Source: an uncultured Gemmatimonadaceae bacterium
Lineage (GTDB): Bacteria > Gemmatimonadota > Gemmatimonadetes > Gemmatimonadales > Gemmatimonadaceae
Assembly (NCBI GenBank): GCA_963829055.1
Contig: CAWHHI010000004.1
Coordinates: 192,001-256,000, forward strand
Length of the DNA: 64,000 nucleotides
Direction: 5' to 3'
The notes under the pieces are model-generated. The model worked only from the letters and a program-made list of their open reading frames with translations, was not told where the DNA came from and did not search any database. The translations under genes were made by a program, and so were the position numbers. Shown in pieces: positions 22,703-33,230 of the stretch. Numbering within the stretch: the first letter of the stretch is position 1; every line of letters starts with the position of its first letter.

Positions 22703-22848
22703 TCAGGAGGCGTCGACCAGGGCGGACATCCGGCGGCGCGTCGCGGCATCCGGCATTGGCCCGCGCGCGGCGCCGAGGTTGTCCGTCAGGTACTCCATCT
22801 TGGCGGTGCCGGGATGGCCACCGTTACGGCGGGGTGCGAGACGATCAA
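22703..22848 (-). pseudogene. 3' remnant of aldo/keto reductase
   Basis: Reads IVSHPAVTVAIP(G)TAKMEYLTDNLGAARGPMPDAATRRRM; no 5' part. Confidence 0.65.
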
Positions 22849-22915
22849 TTGGCCGGGCGGTGTCGCTCTCGAAAGCGCGATCACGAGTGGGGCCTCGCCG
22901 GTATCGGGAGCCGCC

Positions 22916-23003
22916 AACGTCGCATGCGTGAAACGGGGACGCGATGACGCCCCCGGCGGGCGGCGCAAATCGGCGGCAAGCGGATCGCTCTAGCGACGAG
23001 CGG
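22916..23003 (-). promoter_or_regulatory. LytTR-type promoter cassette, copy 1
   Basis: Aligns with 51786-51873 and 53971-54059; GCGG-ending repeats at 20-nt period. Confidence 0.65.
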
Positions 23004-23153
23004 CGTGCGCCGTCGTCGCTTAGCCGGCGTCTGCGAGGCGCCGCACGTTGTCGCGTGAGTTCCGGTCAATGTAGTAGTTGTCGGGATCGATCCCGCAGCA
23101 TCCGCTCGTGGCTGTGGGTGCGGCAGGGCTCACGAGGCCGAGGCTCCGACCCA

Positions 23154-23861
23154 TCAGATGGGCGGAGGGCCTGGCGGACCGCCCCGGGCCCCAGCGACCG
23201 CCGCGACCGTGTCGCAGAGCGCACGCGCGACCTGCCACCGAGACTCGACCTTCAACCGGGCGAAGATCTGCTCGGCGTGATTGCGGGCGGTGAATCGGCT
23301 GATGCCGAGCCGCCCGGCGATCTCCGGATTCGAGCGCCCCTCGGCAATCAGGAGCGCGACCTCCGCCTGTCGCAGGGTCAGCCCGCAAGCGCTCATGACC
23401 TGCTGAGGAGTGAGCAGCGAGGCGTCCGGCTCCGCGGCCGGGATCGGCGTGGCCGGCGCTGGCTGGACCGACGCCGCGGCCCGCTCCCGAACGACGCGCC
23501 GCGCCATCGCGTCCACCCGCGCCATCAGCTCCAGCGTGCGAAACGGCTTCGTGACGTAGTCGTCCGCTCCGAGGCGGAACCCCTCGACCTTGTCCGAGTC
23601 GGAGTCGCGCGCGGACAGAATGAGCACGGGGCACCAGTGCCCCTCGGCACGCAGACGTGACAGGACCGCGAGCCCGTCGAGTCCCGGGATGCCGAGGTCG
23701 AGCACGACGATGTCGGGCGGATCGGCGCGCACCATCGCGAGCGCCTGTCGCCCGTCACTCGCGACGCTCGCCTGGTATCCCTCGCTGCGGAGGTTCGCCC
23801 GGAGCGCGTCGGCCAGGTCGTCGTGGTCCTCGACGATCAGGATGCGCAGACTCAGGCTCAC
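23154..23861 (-). CDS. Response regulator (receiver plus LuxR-type HTH)
   Basis: ILIVEDH, VVLDLGIPGLDG, GADDYVTKPF; LTLRQAEVALLIAEGRSNPEIA; start uncertain. Confidence 0.88.
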   Translation of the reverse strand: MSLSLRILIVEDHDDLADALRANLRSEGYQASVASDGRQALAMVRADPPDIVVLDLGIPGLDGLAVLSRLRAEGHWCPVLILSARDSDSDKVEGFRLGADDYVTKPFRTLELMARVDAMARRVVRERAAASVQPAPATPIPAAEPDASLLTPQQVMSACGLTLRQAEVALLIAEGRSNPEIAGRLGISRFTARNHAEQIFARLKVESRWQVARALCDTVAAVAGARGGPPGPPPI

Positions 23862-24112
23862 GTCGTGGACGGCGTTCGGGATGCTGGTCAGGGCGGCGGC
23901 TGCGGGACGCGACGCAATCTCGTCGGGCCGCTCGACGCGGGCATAGGTCACCGTCCCATGTCGGGCGACCCTGCGAGATGACACTTGCTCGCGGTCCGCA
24001 GGAGCGCCATGGGTCTGTGACCCATAGGATACTGGCCTGCCGCAGGTGCACCTTGCATCGTCTCGGCGCCGCGGCAGCGTTCGCAGCGCGGCACCTTTGA
24101 CCGGCAAACTCG

Positions 24113-25978
24113 TTGCGCCTCGATCAGATGCGACAGACAGTGCGGTCCGCCGTCGCGCGCCGCGGCAGGGAGACGGTCGCCTGGCTCGCCATCGGCGGAA
24201 CGCTGGCGGCGATGTTCCTCACGGCGTATCAGGTGCGTCAGGGCTGGGCGCAGCGACGCCTCGCCGCGGAGCAGGCCGTGCGCGACCAGCCTGACGACCG
24301 CCGCGGTCCTCATCGGCACCGAGGCAGCGAGGATGAGTGCGCTCGAGCTGCGCGCGCTCCTCTGGCCGGCGCTCGCCACGAACGCATCGCCCGAGCTCGC
24401 GCCCGCTCACGCTCGACGAGTTCGCGGGCGCCGGCGCGGAGCAGTTCGCCGCCATGCACGACGATCGCGGCGCCGCGCGGCCGGGTTACTTCCGCCTCGC
24501 GCGGAATGGCCGCGGTGAGTGGACGCCCGAGCTGCGCGGCGCGCTCGCCACCGACTCCGTGTACGCGCGCGCGGTGCTCGACGAGGTCCGTCGCTGTACC
24601 GATCACGTCGACGTCGACAGGCGCGGAGCGCGCATCGTCATCCTCTACCCGAACGTGCGGGGTCTGCCGTTCGTCGTCGGCATGGCGCCGGAGCGCGGGG
24701 CCGACAGGCGCGTGGTCGCCCTGTTCGGCGTCGCGTACGCGCGCACCGCGGCGCTCCGCACGCACGTCGGGCACGTGCTGCACGGGATCTCGCTGCTGCC
24801 GGCGCCCTCGGGCGAACCGAGCGACGGCACCCGTCGTTCCGAATCGGGGCAGGCTCCCCGCCCTGGCGCCAGAGTGGACAACGCGGGCCTCGCCGTGCGT
24901 CTTCGGTACGCGACCGGTTTCCGCGACGCCATCTCCCCCGCCGCGGCCGACGACGCCGTCTGGCGCTCCGGGTTCGTCGCCGCGCGCGGCGTCCCGGGCC
25001 TGGACGGCGGGTTCATCGTCGAGGTGGCGGTGCCGGAGCACGTCGGCCGGCGCTACGTGGAGGCCGCGACGCCGTTAGGCGGCGAGCGGCTGATGCTCGG
25101 CGGCGTGCTGCTTCCTCGGCCTCGGGTTCGCCGCGGCCGCGGCGCTCGGGCTGCGGCGACAGTACAAGCTCGCCGAGGCGCGCAGGACGTTCGTTGCCGC
25201 GGTGTCGCACGAGCTCCGCACGCCGCTCGCCCACGTGAACGCGCTGAGCGAGACGCTGCTGCTCGGGCGCGCGGAGTCGCCGGAGCAGGCGCAGCGCTGG
25301 CTCCGCGCGATCCACCGCGAGGGCCGGCGCCTCAGCGTGCTCACGGAGAACGTCCTGCTGCACGCGCGTGGCGAGCGACGCGGCGTTCGCGCGGCCCCAC
25401 AGTGGACGGATGTCGGCGCGGTCGTCCGCGACGCGGTCAGCCTCGTCGAGGCGCAGGCGCAGGCACGCTCGGCGCGCATCGTCATCGCCGGCACGGCGGT
25501 GGAAGGCACGGTGGGTGACGCTGGCGCCTGGATCGACGCGGCCGCCGTGCGACAGATCGTCATCAACTTCATCGAGAACGCACTGAAGTTCGGCCCCGAC
25601 GGCCAGACGGTGACGGTCACGCTCGACCTCGAGCGCGCGGAGTTTTCCGGCCGCGCGGAGGGTCTGCTGCGTCTGAGCGTCGACGACGAAGGGCCGGGCG
25701 TCCCGCCCGACGATCGCGACCGCATCTGGCAGCCTTTCGTGCGGCTTGCGGAAGGCGGGAGCGCGCCAGCAGGCACGGGCCTGGGCTTGAGCGTCGTGCG
25801 ACAGCTGGTCGCGGAGCTCGGCGGACGGTGGTCGGTGTTCGACGCACCAGGGCGCGGCGCGCGATTCCGCGTCGAGCTGCCGCTCGCCGCGCCGCCTCCT
25901 CAAGTCGTCGAGCGCGCGACGGAGCATTCGACGTCGTCGCTGGCGCAGAGACAGAGGTTCGCCGCGAACGGGCGTTGA
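24113..25978 (+). CDS. Sensor histidine kinase (several frameshifts)
   Basis: SHELRTPL, NFIENALKF, DEGPG, GTGLGL in 25202..25978; sensor region upstream. Confidence 0.8.
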
Positions 25979-25995
25979 GGGACAGTAATAAACGA

Positions 25996-26022
25996 CGGCG
26001 CGCGGGGAATTCCCGCGCGCCG
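25996..26022. terminator. GC-rich hairpin between convergent genes
   Basis: CGGCGCGCGGG-GAATT-CCCGCGCGCCG, 11-bp perfect stem; no clear U-tract. Confidence 0.55.
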
Positions 26023-26056
26023 CCTGGTGTCTACTCGCTGGCCCTACTCTTCCGCT

Positions 26057-27169
26057 TTACGGAATAAACAGCCAGGCGGCGTTTCGCGCGGCGGTTCCAT
26101 TTCCGTACCCGCCCACAATGAGCACGTGCCCGTTCTCCAGGCGCGTCGCCGTCGAAAAGTTGGCAGCAAGCGCGTTCGACGATGACACCAGCGTAAAGCG
26201 CGCGGTCACTGGGTCGAACAGCTCGGGATCGCCTGCTCCGCCAGCAACAAGAATTCGGCCGTCGACCAGCGGTGTCATCGTCCCTTGATGTTTGTACCGC
26301 GCTCGGCGCAGCTCGCCCGCACTGGAAAAGCGTTCGCTCTGGGGGTCGTAGATCTCTGCATCGCGATACTGACCACGGTCGTCGCGCTCGTCGGAGCCGC
26401 CCGTAATGAGCACCCTCCCATCGGGGAGAATCGCCGCCGCGTGCTTATGCCTTGGCCGAGTCATCGACCCGGTCGTGCGGAATGCGCCTTGTTCCGGATC
26501 GTACAGCTCTGCGCCGTCGTACAGCCGGATCGATTCACGACGACCCGCGTGCCCGCCGGCAATGAGTACGCGCCCGTTAGGCAGAAGTGCTCCCACGTGC
26601 GATTCACGTGCAACGGACATGGCGCCGGTGCGCGTGAATCGCATCGTGGCAGGATCGAACACTTCTGCCGAGGCGAGGAACGAATAGCCGGTGCTGGTTC
26701 CGCCGACGAATAACACGCGTCGATCGCGCAGCGGTATCGCGAGGTGATCGCTGCGTGGCTCGGTGAGGTCAGGACCGCGCGTGAACGTTCCTGAGGCAGG
26801 GTCGTAAATCTCAGTGCTCGCGAGCCACGTTCCATCGTAGCCGCCCGCGATGAGCACTCGACCATCGGGAAGGGACGTCGCCGTATGTCCACCGCGCGCA
26901 CGAAGCAACCCTTGCGTCGGTAGGAAGCGTCTCGTTCCAGGGTCGAAGATCTCTGCGGTGGCGGACGCGTCGGAACCACTTCCGCCAGCAACGAGAACGC
27001 GACCGTCTGGAAGCGGCGTGGCTGTGTGAGCAAAACGGGCAACGCGCATTGGCGGCAGTGCCACGAGCGATGCGGAACCGGGGCCGGTGTCAGCGGTCGG
27101 TTCCATCGCAACACCACAGGCGAGAACGAGTGAGCCCAGCGCAACACGTCGCAGCACGACCGATCCCAT
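26057..27169 (-). CDS. Secreted Kelch-repeat protein
   Basis: Repeated HTAT.LPDGRVL.AGG...AEIYDP units. Confidence 0.9.
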   Translation of the reverse strand: MGSVVLRRVALGSLVLACGVAMEPTADTGPGSASLVALPPMRVARFAHTATPLPDGRVLVAGGSGSDASATAEIFDPGTRRFLPTQGLLRARGGHTATSLPDGRVLIAGGYDGTWLASTEIYDPASGTFTRGPDLTEPRSDHLAIPLRDRRVLFVGGTSTGYSFLASAEVFDPATMRFTRTGAMSVARESHVGALLPNGRVLIAGGHAGRRESIRLYDGAELYDPEQGAFRTTGSMTRPRHKHAAAILPDGRVLITGGSDERDDRGQYRDAEIYDPQSERFSSAGELRRARYKHQGTMTPLVDGRILVAGGAGDPELFDPVTARFTLVSSSNALAANFSTATRLENGHVLIVGGYGNGTAARNAAWLFIP

Positions 27170-27280
27170 TTTGCACCTCCCATTTGGAGGTAGGATGCCG
27201 CCGACAGCGCAAACGCTGCCAATGACGTCAAATCGAATGCACGATCTCGCCATGTCGTGCCATTATCTATCGCGACATGA

Positions 27281-27365
27281 TACCCTTGTCGCCTTGTCGG
27301 CAGCGCTCGCCCCGGCAATCAGGGCGGTGCGCGTCGATCCGATCGAAGCCCTGCGCTCTGACTGA
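27281..27365 (+). pseudogene. C-terminal remnant of MacB/FtsX-like permease
   Basis: VALSAALAPAIRAVRVDPIEALRSD-stop, with no upstream permease body. Confidence 0.65.
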
Positions 27366-27382
27366 ACGAGGGCGCGAACAAA

Positions 27383-27915
27383 TCAGTCCGCGCGCAACGC
27401 GATAGTGGGGTCGACGCGCGCCGCGCGCCGTGACGGGAGCCAACTCGCGACGAGCGCCACCGCCGCGAGCAGCGCCGCGACGACGACGAACGTGACGGGA
27501 TCGCTCGCGCTCACCACGTAGAGCAGGGAGCGCAGCAGGCGCGTGGCGAACAGCGCCAGCGGGATCCCGACCGCGAGTCCGGCGAGCACCGGCGCCATCC
27601 CGCGCCGTAGCATGAGCCCCACCACGTGGGCCTGCGTGGCGCCGAGCGCCACGCGCACGCCGATCTCGCGCTCGCGTTGGCGCACCACGTAGGCGACGAT
27701 CCCGTAGAGTCCCACCGCGGCCAGCGTAAGGGCGAGCGCGCCGAACACGCTCACCAGCGTGGTGAAGAAACGCGGCGTCGCGGCGGCGGCGGCGACCTTG
27801 TCCTGCATCGGGACGATCTGGAGGATCGGCTGGCGCGGCAGTACCTCGCGGATCGCGGCGCGCACCGGCCCCGCGAGCCGCGCCGGGTCGCCGTCCGTGC
27901 GCACGATGAGCGACG
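27383..27915 (-). pseudogene. 3' fragment of ADOP/MacB-like permease
   Basis: LAAVGLYGIVAYVVRQREREIGVRVALGA...PSRRAARVDPTIALRAD; 5' part missing. Confidence 0.8.
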
Positions 27916-28002
27916 CATGCGCCCCCACGAGAGGGTCTTCAGGATGAGCACGTCGAGCGTGCCCTGGACCAGGTCGAGGTCTTCGGCGCTGTTGTCGGCC
28001 AC
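27916..28002 (-). pseudogene. 5' fragment of PadR-family regulator
   Basis: MADNSAEDLDLVQGTLDVLILKTLSWG, similar to intact PadR at 45128; breaks directly into permease. Confidence 0.8.
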
Positions 28003-28010
28003 GGCTTCCC

Positions 28011-28031
28011 CCCCCTAAGGTGTCGAGGGGG
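28011..28031. promoter_or_regulatory. Putative PadR operator
   Basis: CCCCCT-AAGGTGTCG-AGGGGG palindrome just upstream of padR fragment; centre resembles boxes at 45480-45536. Confidence 0.5.
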
Positions 28032-28107
28032 AGAGGCCAGCGCGTTGGGCATCTAGCACGTAAGTAGGCAGCCCGCACGTTCAGCCCACATTTTCACTCT
28101 CCATTCC

Positions 28108-29232
28108 ATGCAGAGCAGGCGCGAATTCATCGGCCGAAGCATCGCCGCACTTGGCGCTGCCGCCGCACTCGATCCGAGATCTCTACTCGCTGCCCCCGCT
28201 GCTGCGCCCAAGCGCATCCTCATCCTCGGCGGCACTGGCTTCGTCGGCCCGCATCAGGTGCGCCACGCGCTGCAGCGTGGACACACCGTCACGATCTTCA
28301 ACCGCGGCCGCACTGCGCCGGGCATGTTCGGGAAGGACGTGGAGGAACTGGTTGGCGACCGCGCCACGGATCTCACCGCGCTCAAGGGGAAGAAGTGGGA
28401 TGCCGTCATCGACGAGTCGGCGTCGCTGAGCAGTGCGCCGGAGTGGGTGAAGCTGTCGGCCGACCTGCTCAAGGATGCCACCGACCAGTACCTGTTCATC
28501 TCGACGCGTTCGGTTTACTTCGACACGAGCCGCGTGCCGATGACCGCCGACGCACCCGTGCTCACGCGCGAGAATACGCCGATTCCCGAAGGTCGCCCGC
28601 TCACCTACGGCCACGCGAAGGCGTACGCGGAGAAGGAAGCGCAGGCGGCGATGCCGGGTCGCGTGACGGTCGTGCGCCCGGGGCTGATCGTCGGCCCGGA
28701 AGACGATACCGATCGATTCACGTACTGGCCCGTGCGCATCGCGCGTGGCGGCGAAGTGCTCGTGCCCGGTGACGGGAGTGATCACGTGCAGATCATCGAC
28801 GTGCGCGATCTCGTCGAATTCAACATCAAACTCGTCGAGGATCGCATGTACGGCGTGTTCAACGCGGTCGGCCCGCACATGGGCCAACCGTTCAAGCAGT
28901 TCGTGGCGAGCATTCACAAGGGTGTGGGTAGTCCGCCGGCGACGTTCACATGGGTCGACGCCGAGTTCCTGCGCGCGAACGGCGCGAATCCTTATGGGCG
29001 CGAGCTCCCGGTCTTTCAGGTCATGCAAGGGCGCTCGGCGGGCTTCGCGCGCTTCGACCTGACTCCGGAAATCAAGGCGGGCCTCAAGTTCCGACCGACC
29101 GAAACCACCGCGCGTGAGACGCTCGCATGGTGGCGCACGTTGCCGGCAGAGCGACAGGCGGCGATCAAGACCGGGTTCACGCCGGAGCGGGAGAAGACGC
29201 TGCTCGAGCTCTGGCACGCGCGGGGACGGTAA
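28108..29232 (+). CDS. NAD-dependent epimerase/dehydratase (isoflavone-reductase-like) with Tat signal
   Basis: SRREFI twin-arginine motif; [24 protein letters not shown]. Confidence 0.9.
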   Translation: MQSRREFIGRSIAALGAAAALDPRSLLAAPAAAPKRILILGGTGFVGPHQVRHALQRGHTVTIFNRGRTAPGMFGKDVEELVGDRATDLTALKGKKWDAVIDESASLSSAPEWVKLSADLLKDATDQYLFISTRSVYFDTSRVPMTADAPVLTRENTPIPEGRPLTYGHAKAYAEKEAQAAMPGRVTVVRPGLIVGPEDDTDRFTYWPVRIARGGEVLVPGDGSDHVQIIDVRDLVEFNIKLVEDRMYGVFNAVGPHMGQPFKQFVASIHKGVGSPPATFTWVDAEFLRANGANPYGRELPVFQVMQGRSAGFARFDLTPEIKAGLKFRPTETTARETLAWWRTLPAERQAAIKTGFTPEREKTLLELWHARGR

Positions 29233-29252
29233 GGGTCGCCCTTCTTCGTGAG

Positions 29253-29548
29253 CACGTGTCGGCGACCGCGCTGTTTGATCGGCCGGCGTTCAGCACGTGT
29301 CTCAGCGCACGGCATCGTGTTAGGCAACGATGGTCAGAAGATGTCGGAGTCGCGGAAGAACTATCCCGACGTGAGGAGGTGTTCGACCGCGACGGTTCCG
29401 ACGCGATGCGGTGGTTCCTCATGGCGAGCTCGATCCTGCGTGGCAGTGATCTCATCGTCACCGAGTCGGGCATCCGCGACGCAGTGCGTGAGGCCTGCTG
29501 CTGCTGTGGAACAGGTATTCCTTCGTCGCGCTGTACGCGAATGCGGAG
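29253..29548 (+). pseudogene. ileS: Internal fragment of isoleucyl-tRNA synthetase (type 2-like)
   Basis: [65 protein letters not shown] altered, several indels, no termini. Confidence 0.75.
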
Positions 29549-29899
29549 AACGTGGAGGGCCGCACGCGGACGGAATCGTCGGCCGCCTAACGCGCCCAGG
29601 CACGTGCTTCGGACGGTGCCACTTGTGTTCGCCACTCTCTTACGTTCACCCCGATCTTCGTGCGTCGGCGCGGCGGTTGGCCCCAATCGTATCGCTCGTT
29701 GAAGAGCGCGGCCCCGCGTTCCGGTCGCCGCGGGAGCCGGATCATTGACGAACTCGACGACGTCGCAGCCAGGATGGTCGATTCGATAGTATGGGACTCA
29801 GACGATCGCAGTCAGCGCCCGGAACGCGTTGAGTCGAAGCGGTGCGCGAAATTCTTGTGCCGCCGCGTGCACGCTCGTCATATCGCTTCTTGACGCCGC

Positions 29900-31048
29900 T
29901 CAAGAGGTCGCGCTCGGCACGAAGGCAGGGAAAACGGGTGCGGCGGGTTCCGAGATCAGCGACACTGCAGACTCGTACACCCGCATCGGAAACTCGCTCG
30001 CCACTGCTCGCGTCGCCGCACGGATTGCCGGGAGCGCCACATCGCCCTTCTCACGGCTGAGGAAGCTACGCCAATGCGTGGGGTAATAGCGGACGAGCAT
30101 CCCGGTCACGTACGCAATCGCGAACAGGAGCGATAGCGTCGTGAGCGCGATGCCGCCACGGAGGGGCTCTCGGATGAATATCATGTCCCGTGATAGCACC
30201 GAGTCGCCCGCTGCGTTTATCCAACGGGCGGAAGGATCTCAGGCAGCGAGCGATCGGGTGTGGTCGGGAGGATGCGTTTCCATCGGTGCCAATGGTAGGT
30301 CGTCCAGCCAGTGTCAGGCGTTATCTGCGCGTTAGGCGGCAACCGGAACGCTGTTCGTATCCAGGAATCGGTTTCGCCCGGCCGCTGGTCGACGATCAGC
30401 GCGCATCCGCTCGAAGCCAACGCTCCGTCGGTAGGGTACACTGGACCGTGGTCATGAAGGTACATCGCCCGGAGGGCCGACGCTTGACCGAAGGCGTCGA
30501 GGTACGCGTCGACGATCTCTGTCAGGCGGGCGAGCAACTCCCGCGCACTAAATGCAAATCCCTGCGGCAGCGGCGCCGGCGTGGAGCTGCTGGCGCCAGC
30601 GAAACTCTCGGTCCGCGTCGTAGCAATGAAAGGTTATGGCCTCCCGTCCGCCGGTGGCTTCAATGAGCTGCGTGAACGTTCCTCGAGTGACGCGGGTCTC
30701 CGTGTCAGCGAACGCTCTTATGCCTCGAGCCAAGGTCTCATCCCAGTTGTGCGCGTCGAGGCCGTGTTGCTTCGCGAGCGACGCTTCGCGGATGCCCCGC
30801 AACCGGAACAGGATGAGCCAGCGTGCGAGCCCGAGCACCCCATAGTATAGCAGCAGGGGCCGCACAAGCTCGTTGGCGTTCCCGGCCGAGGCGAAGTACT
30901 CGCGCGCCTGAGTCAGCGCCGACGTCATTTCGCGAGCCTTCTCGGCACCAGGCTCGCGCCCGTGGACCTCGGCATACAGCCGCGACACGACATCGCGGCT
31001 CTCATAACTCTCAGGCAGTTCCCACGCAGGACTAAGGGCGTTAGGCAT
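29900..31048 (-). CDS. YaaC-like protein (fragmented; possibly pseudogene)
   Basis: QAREYF...RPLLLYYG...HGL in 30548..31081 and AYVTGMLVRYYPTHW in 29900..30199. Confidence 0.55.
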
Positions 31049-31166
31049 AGATTCGTTTGCGGCGTACCGCGAGCCCAACAAGGGCCCGGGTTGCCGCGTA
31101 CACTACTGACCTGGCAGACGCCGGTAGAGTCGCCTGCCACCACCACTCACGAGCCGTCACTGTCAT

Positions 31167-31705
31167 ATGGCCAAGAAATTCAAACCCCCCGACCGGTGAG
31201 AACGCATTCGGAACTCTGTGCCGGACTCGGACACGTCATCTACAATGCGTTACTCCTCGCTCTGAGCCTCCAAGTTTGGCGGGACCGTGGCACGTTCGAC
31301 GGCAGAGTGACCGGCACAGATTTCAATCGCGAGCGCCAGATCGCGCTCGAACTAATGGTGGTGAAGTGCCGTACGTTCAATGATTTCCTCATGTCGAACA
31401 TCAAATTCGAAAAGGACATGGTTGCCTCAGAGTTTACCTATGTCCCGAGCGGTCGCTACACGGAGCTCCTGCACAGTTTTAGGGATGCTGTGAACACCCG
31501 TACGGCTCACCTTTCGTGGACCCGAGTCGAGTCGTTGTCGTTGACGAACTATGACAAGCTGGACGCTGGAGTTGAGAAACTCTCTCTCGACGCACTCGAA
31601 GAAATAGACCATTTCCTTCAAGACGCTGTAACCCGCTTCACGCTCTCCATGGAGGATGACGCGTTTTGGCAAGCCTTCCAACGCGAGTACTCGAAAGTGG
31701 TGTAG
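31167..31705 (+). CDS. Hypothetical protein, lower GC, possible HEPN-like motif
   Basis: ATG 31167 joins ORF 30962..31705 if one C is added in the C-run at 31185-31190; FRDAVNTRTAHLSW. Confidence 0.55.
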
Positions 31706-31862
31706 CTCGATCCGGTCAAGACTACAACTTGTTAGGCAAGCGACGGCCGGTTTTTGGCGGCGGCAAGATCTGGATCACCGTTTGTCCGGTGTTCGCGAGA
31801 CACGATTTGACGGCTCGCGGGAACCCCCCCCCCGCGTCGCTCTCGAGTGTTCCTTGGTCCGC

Positions 31863-33229
31863 TTACGGCACCGGCTTTGGCTGCTGCTGCTTGATCTTCT
31901 CCATGTACTTCTGGAAGAACCACTTCTGGATGTCCATCATGTTCAGCTCGCGCCCCTGGATGTACGCCTGATCGATGTTCGACGTCATGTCGAGCGGTGT
32001 CCCCGTCGTGATGAGCAGCGTGCCCTGCTTCCCGACCTCGAGCGAGCCGACCTTGTCCGCAATGCCCATCATCTCGGCGGCGTTGATCGTCACCGCCTTG
32101 AGCGCCTCCTCCTCCGGTAGCCCGAACGCCACCGCGACGCCCGCGTCCCACGGCAACCGGTTGCTGTACAGCGCCCCCGACCCGCCGGCGATCGCGAACT
32201 TCACCCCCGCCGCGTGCAGCTTCGCCGGCAGGCTGTAGACGGCATCGTAGCCCTCGTACTCCCTGTCCGGCGCGGCCATCGTCGACGTCAGGATCACCGG
32301 GACGTTCTCCGCCTTGAGCCGACGGCGCAACGTGAATCGCGTCGGCGCCGCCACGGATCACGAGCTTCAGGCCCTCCTGCTTCGCCCACGTGATGGCGTC
32401 GTTCATCTGCGCGACGCCGTCGGCTGCAACGACGACAGGGATCGCGCCGTCGAGCGCAGGAATCATCGCCGCGTATTTCACATCGGAGCGCACCGTCTGC
32501 CCGGCCTTCACCGCATCGCGATACGCGCGCGCCTCGGCGAAGAAGTTCTTGAGCTCCTGCACGCGCTCGGCGTAGCTCTTGGGTGGCTGACGATTGGCGG
32601 CGTTAGGTCCGCCCGGGCCACCACCACCAAAACCGCCGCCCGGACGCGCGTTAGGGTCGGGCCAGCGCACGTTGAGCGCGGCCGCGCCCTTCATCGACAT
32701 CTCCTCCCACGTCCACCCCTCGAGCGACATCGCCGAGGAGAGGCCCGAGACCACGCCGACCGTCCGGCGTGCTGAACGCGACGAGTACGCCCGCCGAACG
32801 CGTCGTGCCGATGTGCCGGCTCTCTGCGTTGAACGCCACCTCGGCGCGCACGTTCGGGTTGAAGTCGCCGCGCTCGGTGATGTCGTTCGACACATCGACC
32901 GCGCCGATCTCGGTAATGCCCACCGTGCTGTACGCGTCGATGAGGCCCGGATAGATGTGTTTGCCCGTCAGGTCGACGACCTTCGCGGCGCGCGGCGTCT
33001 GCACATTGGCGCCGCCGATTGCCGTGATCTTGCCGTTCTCGAGCACGATCGTGCCGTTCTGGATCGTCCCCTTGGTGACGGTGTGAATCGTCGCGCCGCG
33101 CAACACGACCGGCTGTGACTGCGGCGCTACCGGCATCATCACCTGCGCGGTCGCGGCGTTAGGCGCGAATGCAGTGGCGCCGAGCAGCGCGATCCCGGCG
33201 GTGCGGGAGAGCATTTTCATGGTCGGCAT
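31863..33229 (-). CDS. Amidohydrolase-family protein (frameshifted)
   Basis: LRGATIHTV, IYPGLIDAY, AVTINAAEMMG, VGSLEVGK. Confidence 0.85.
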
Positions 33230-33230
33230 C

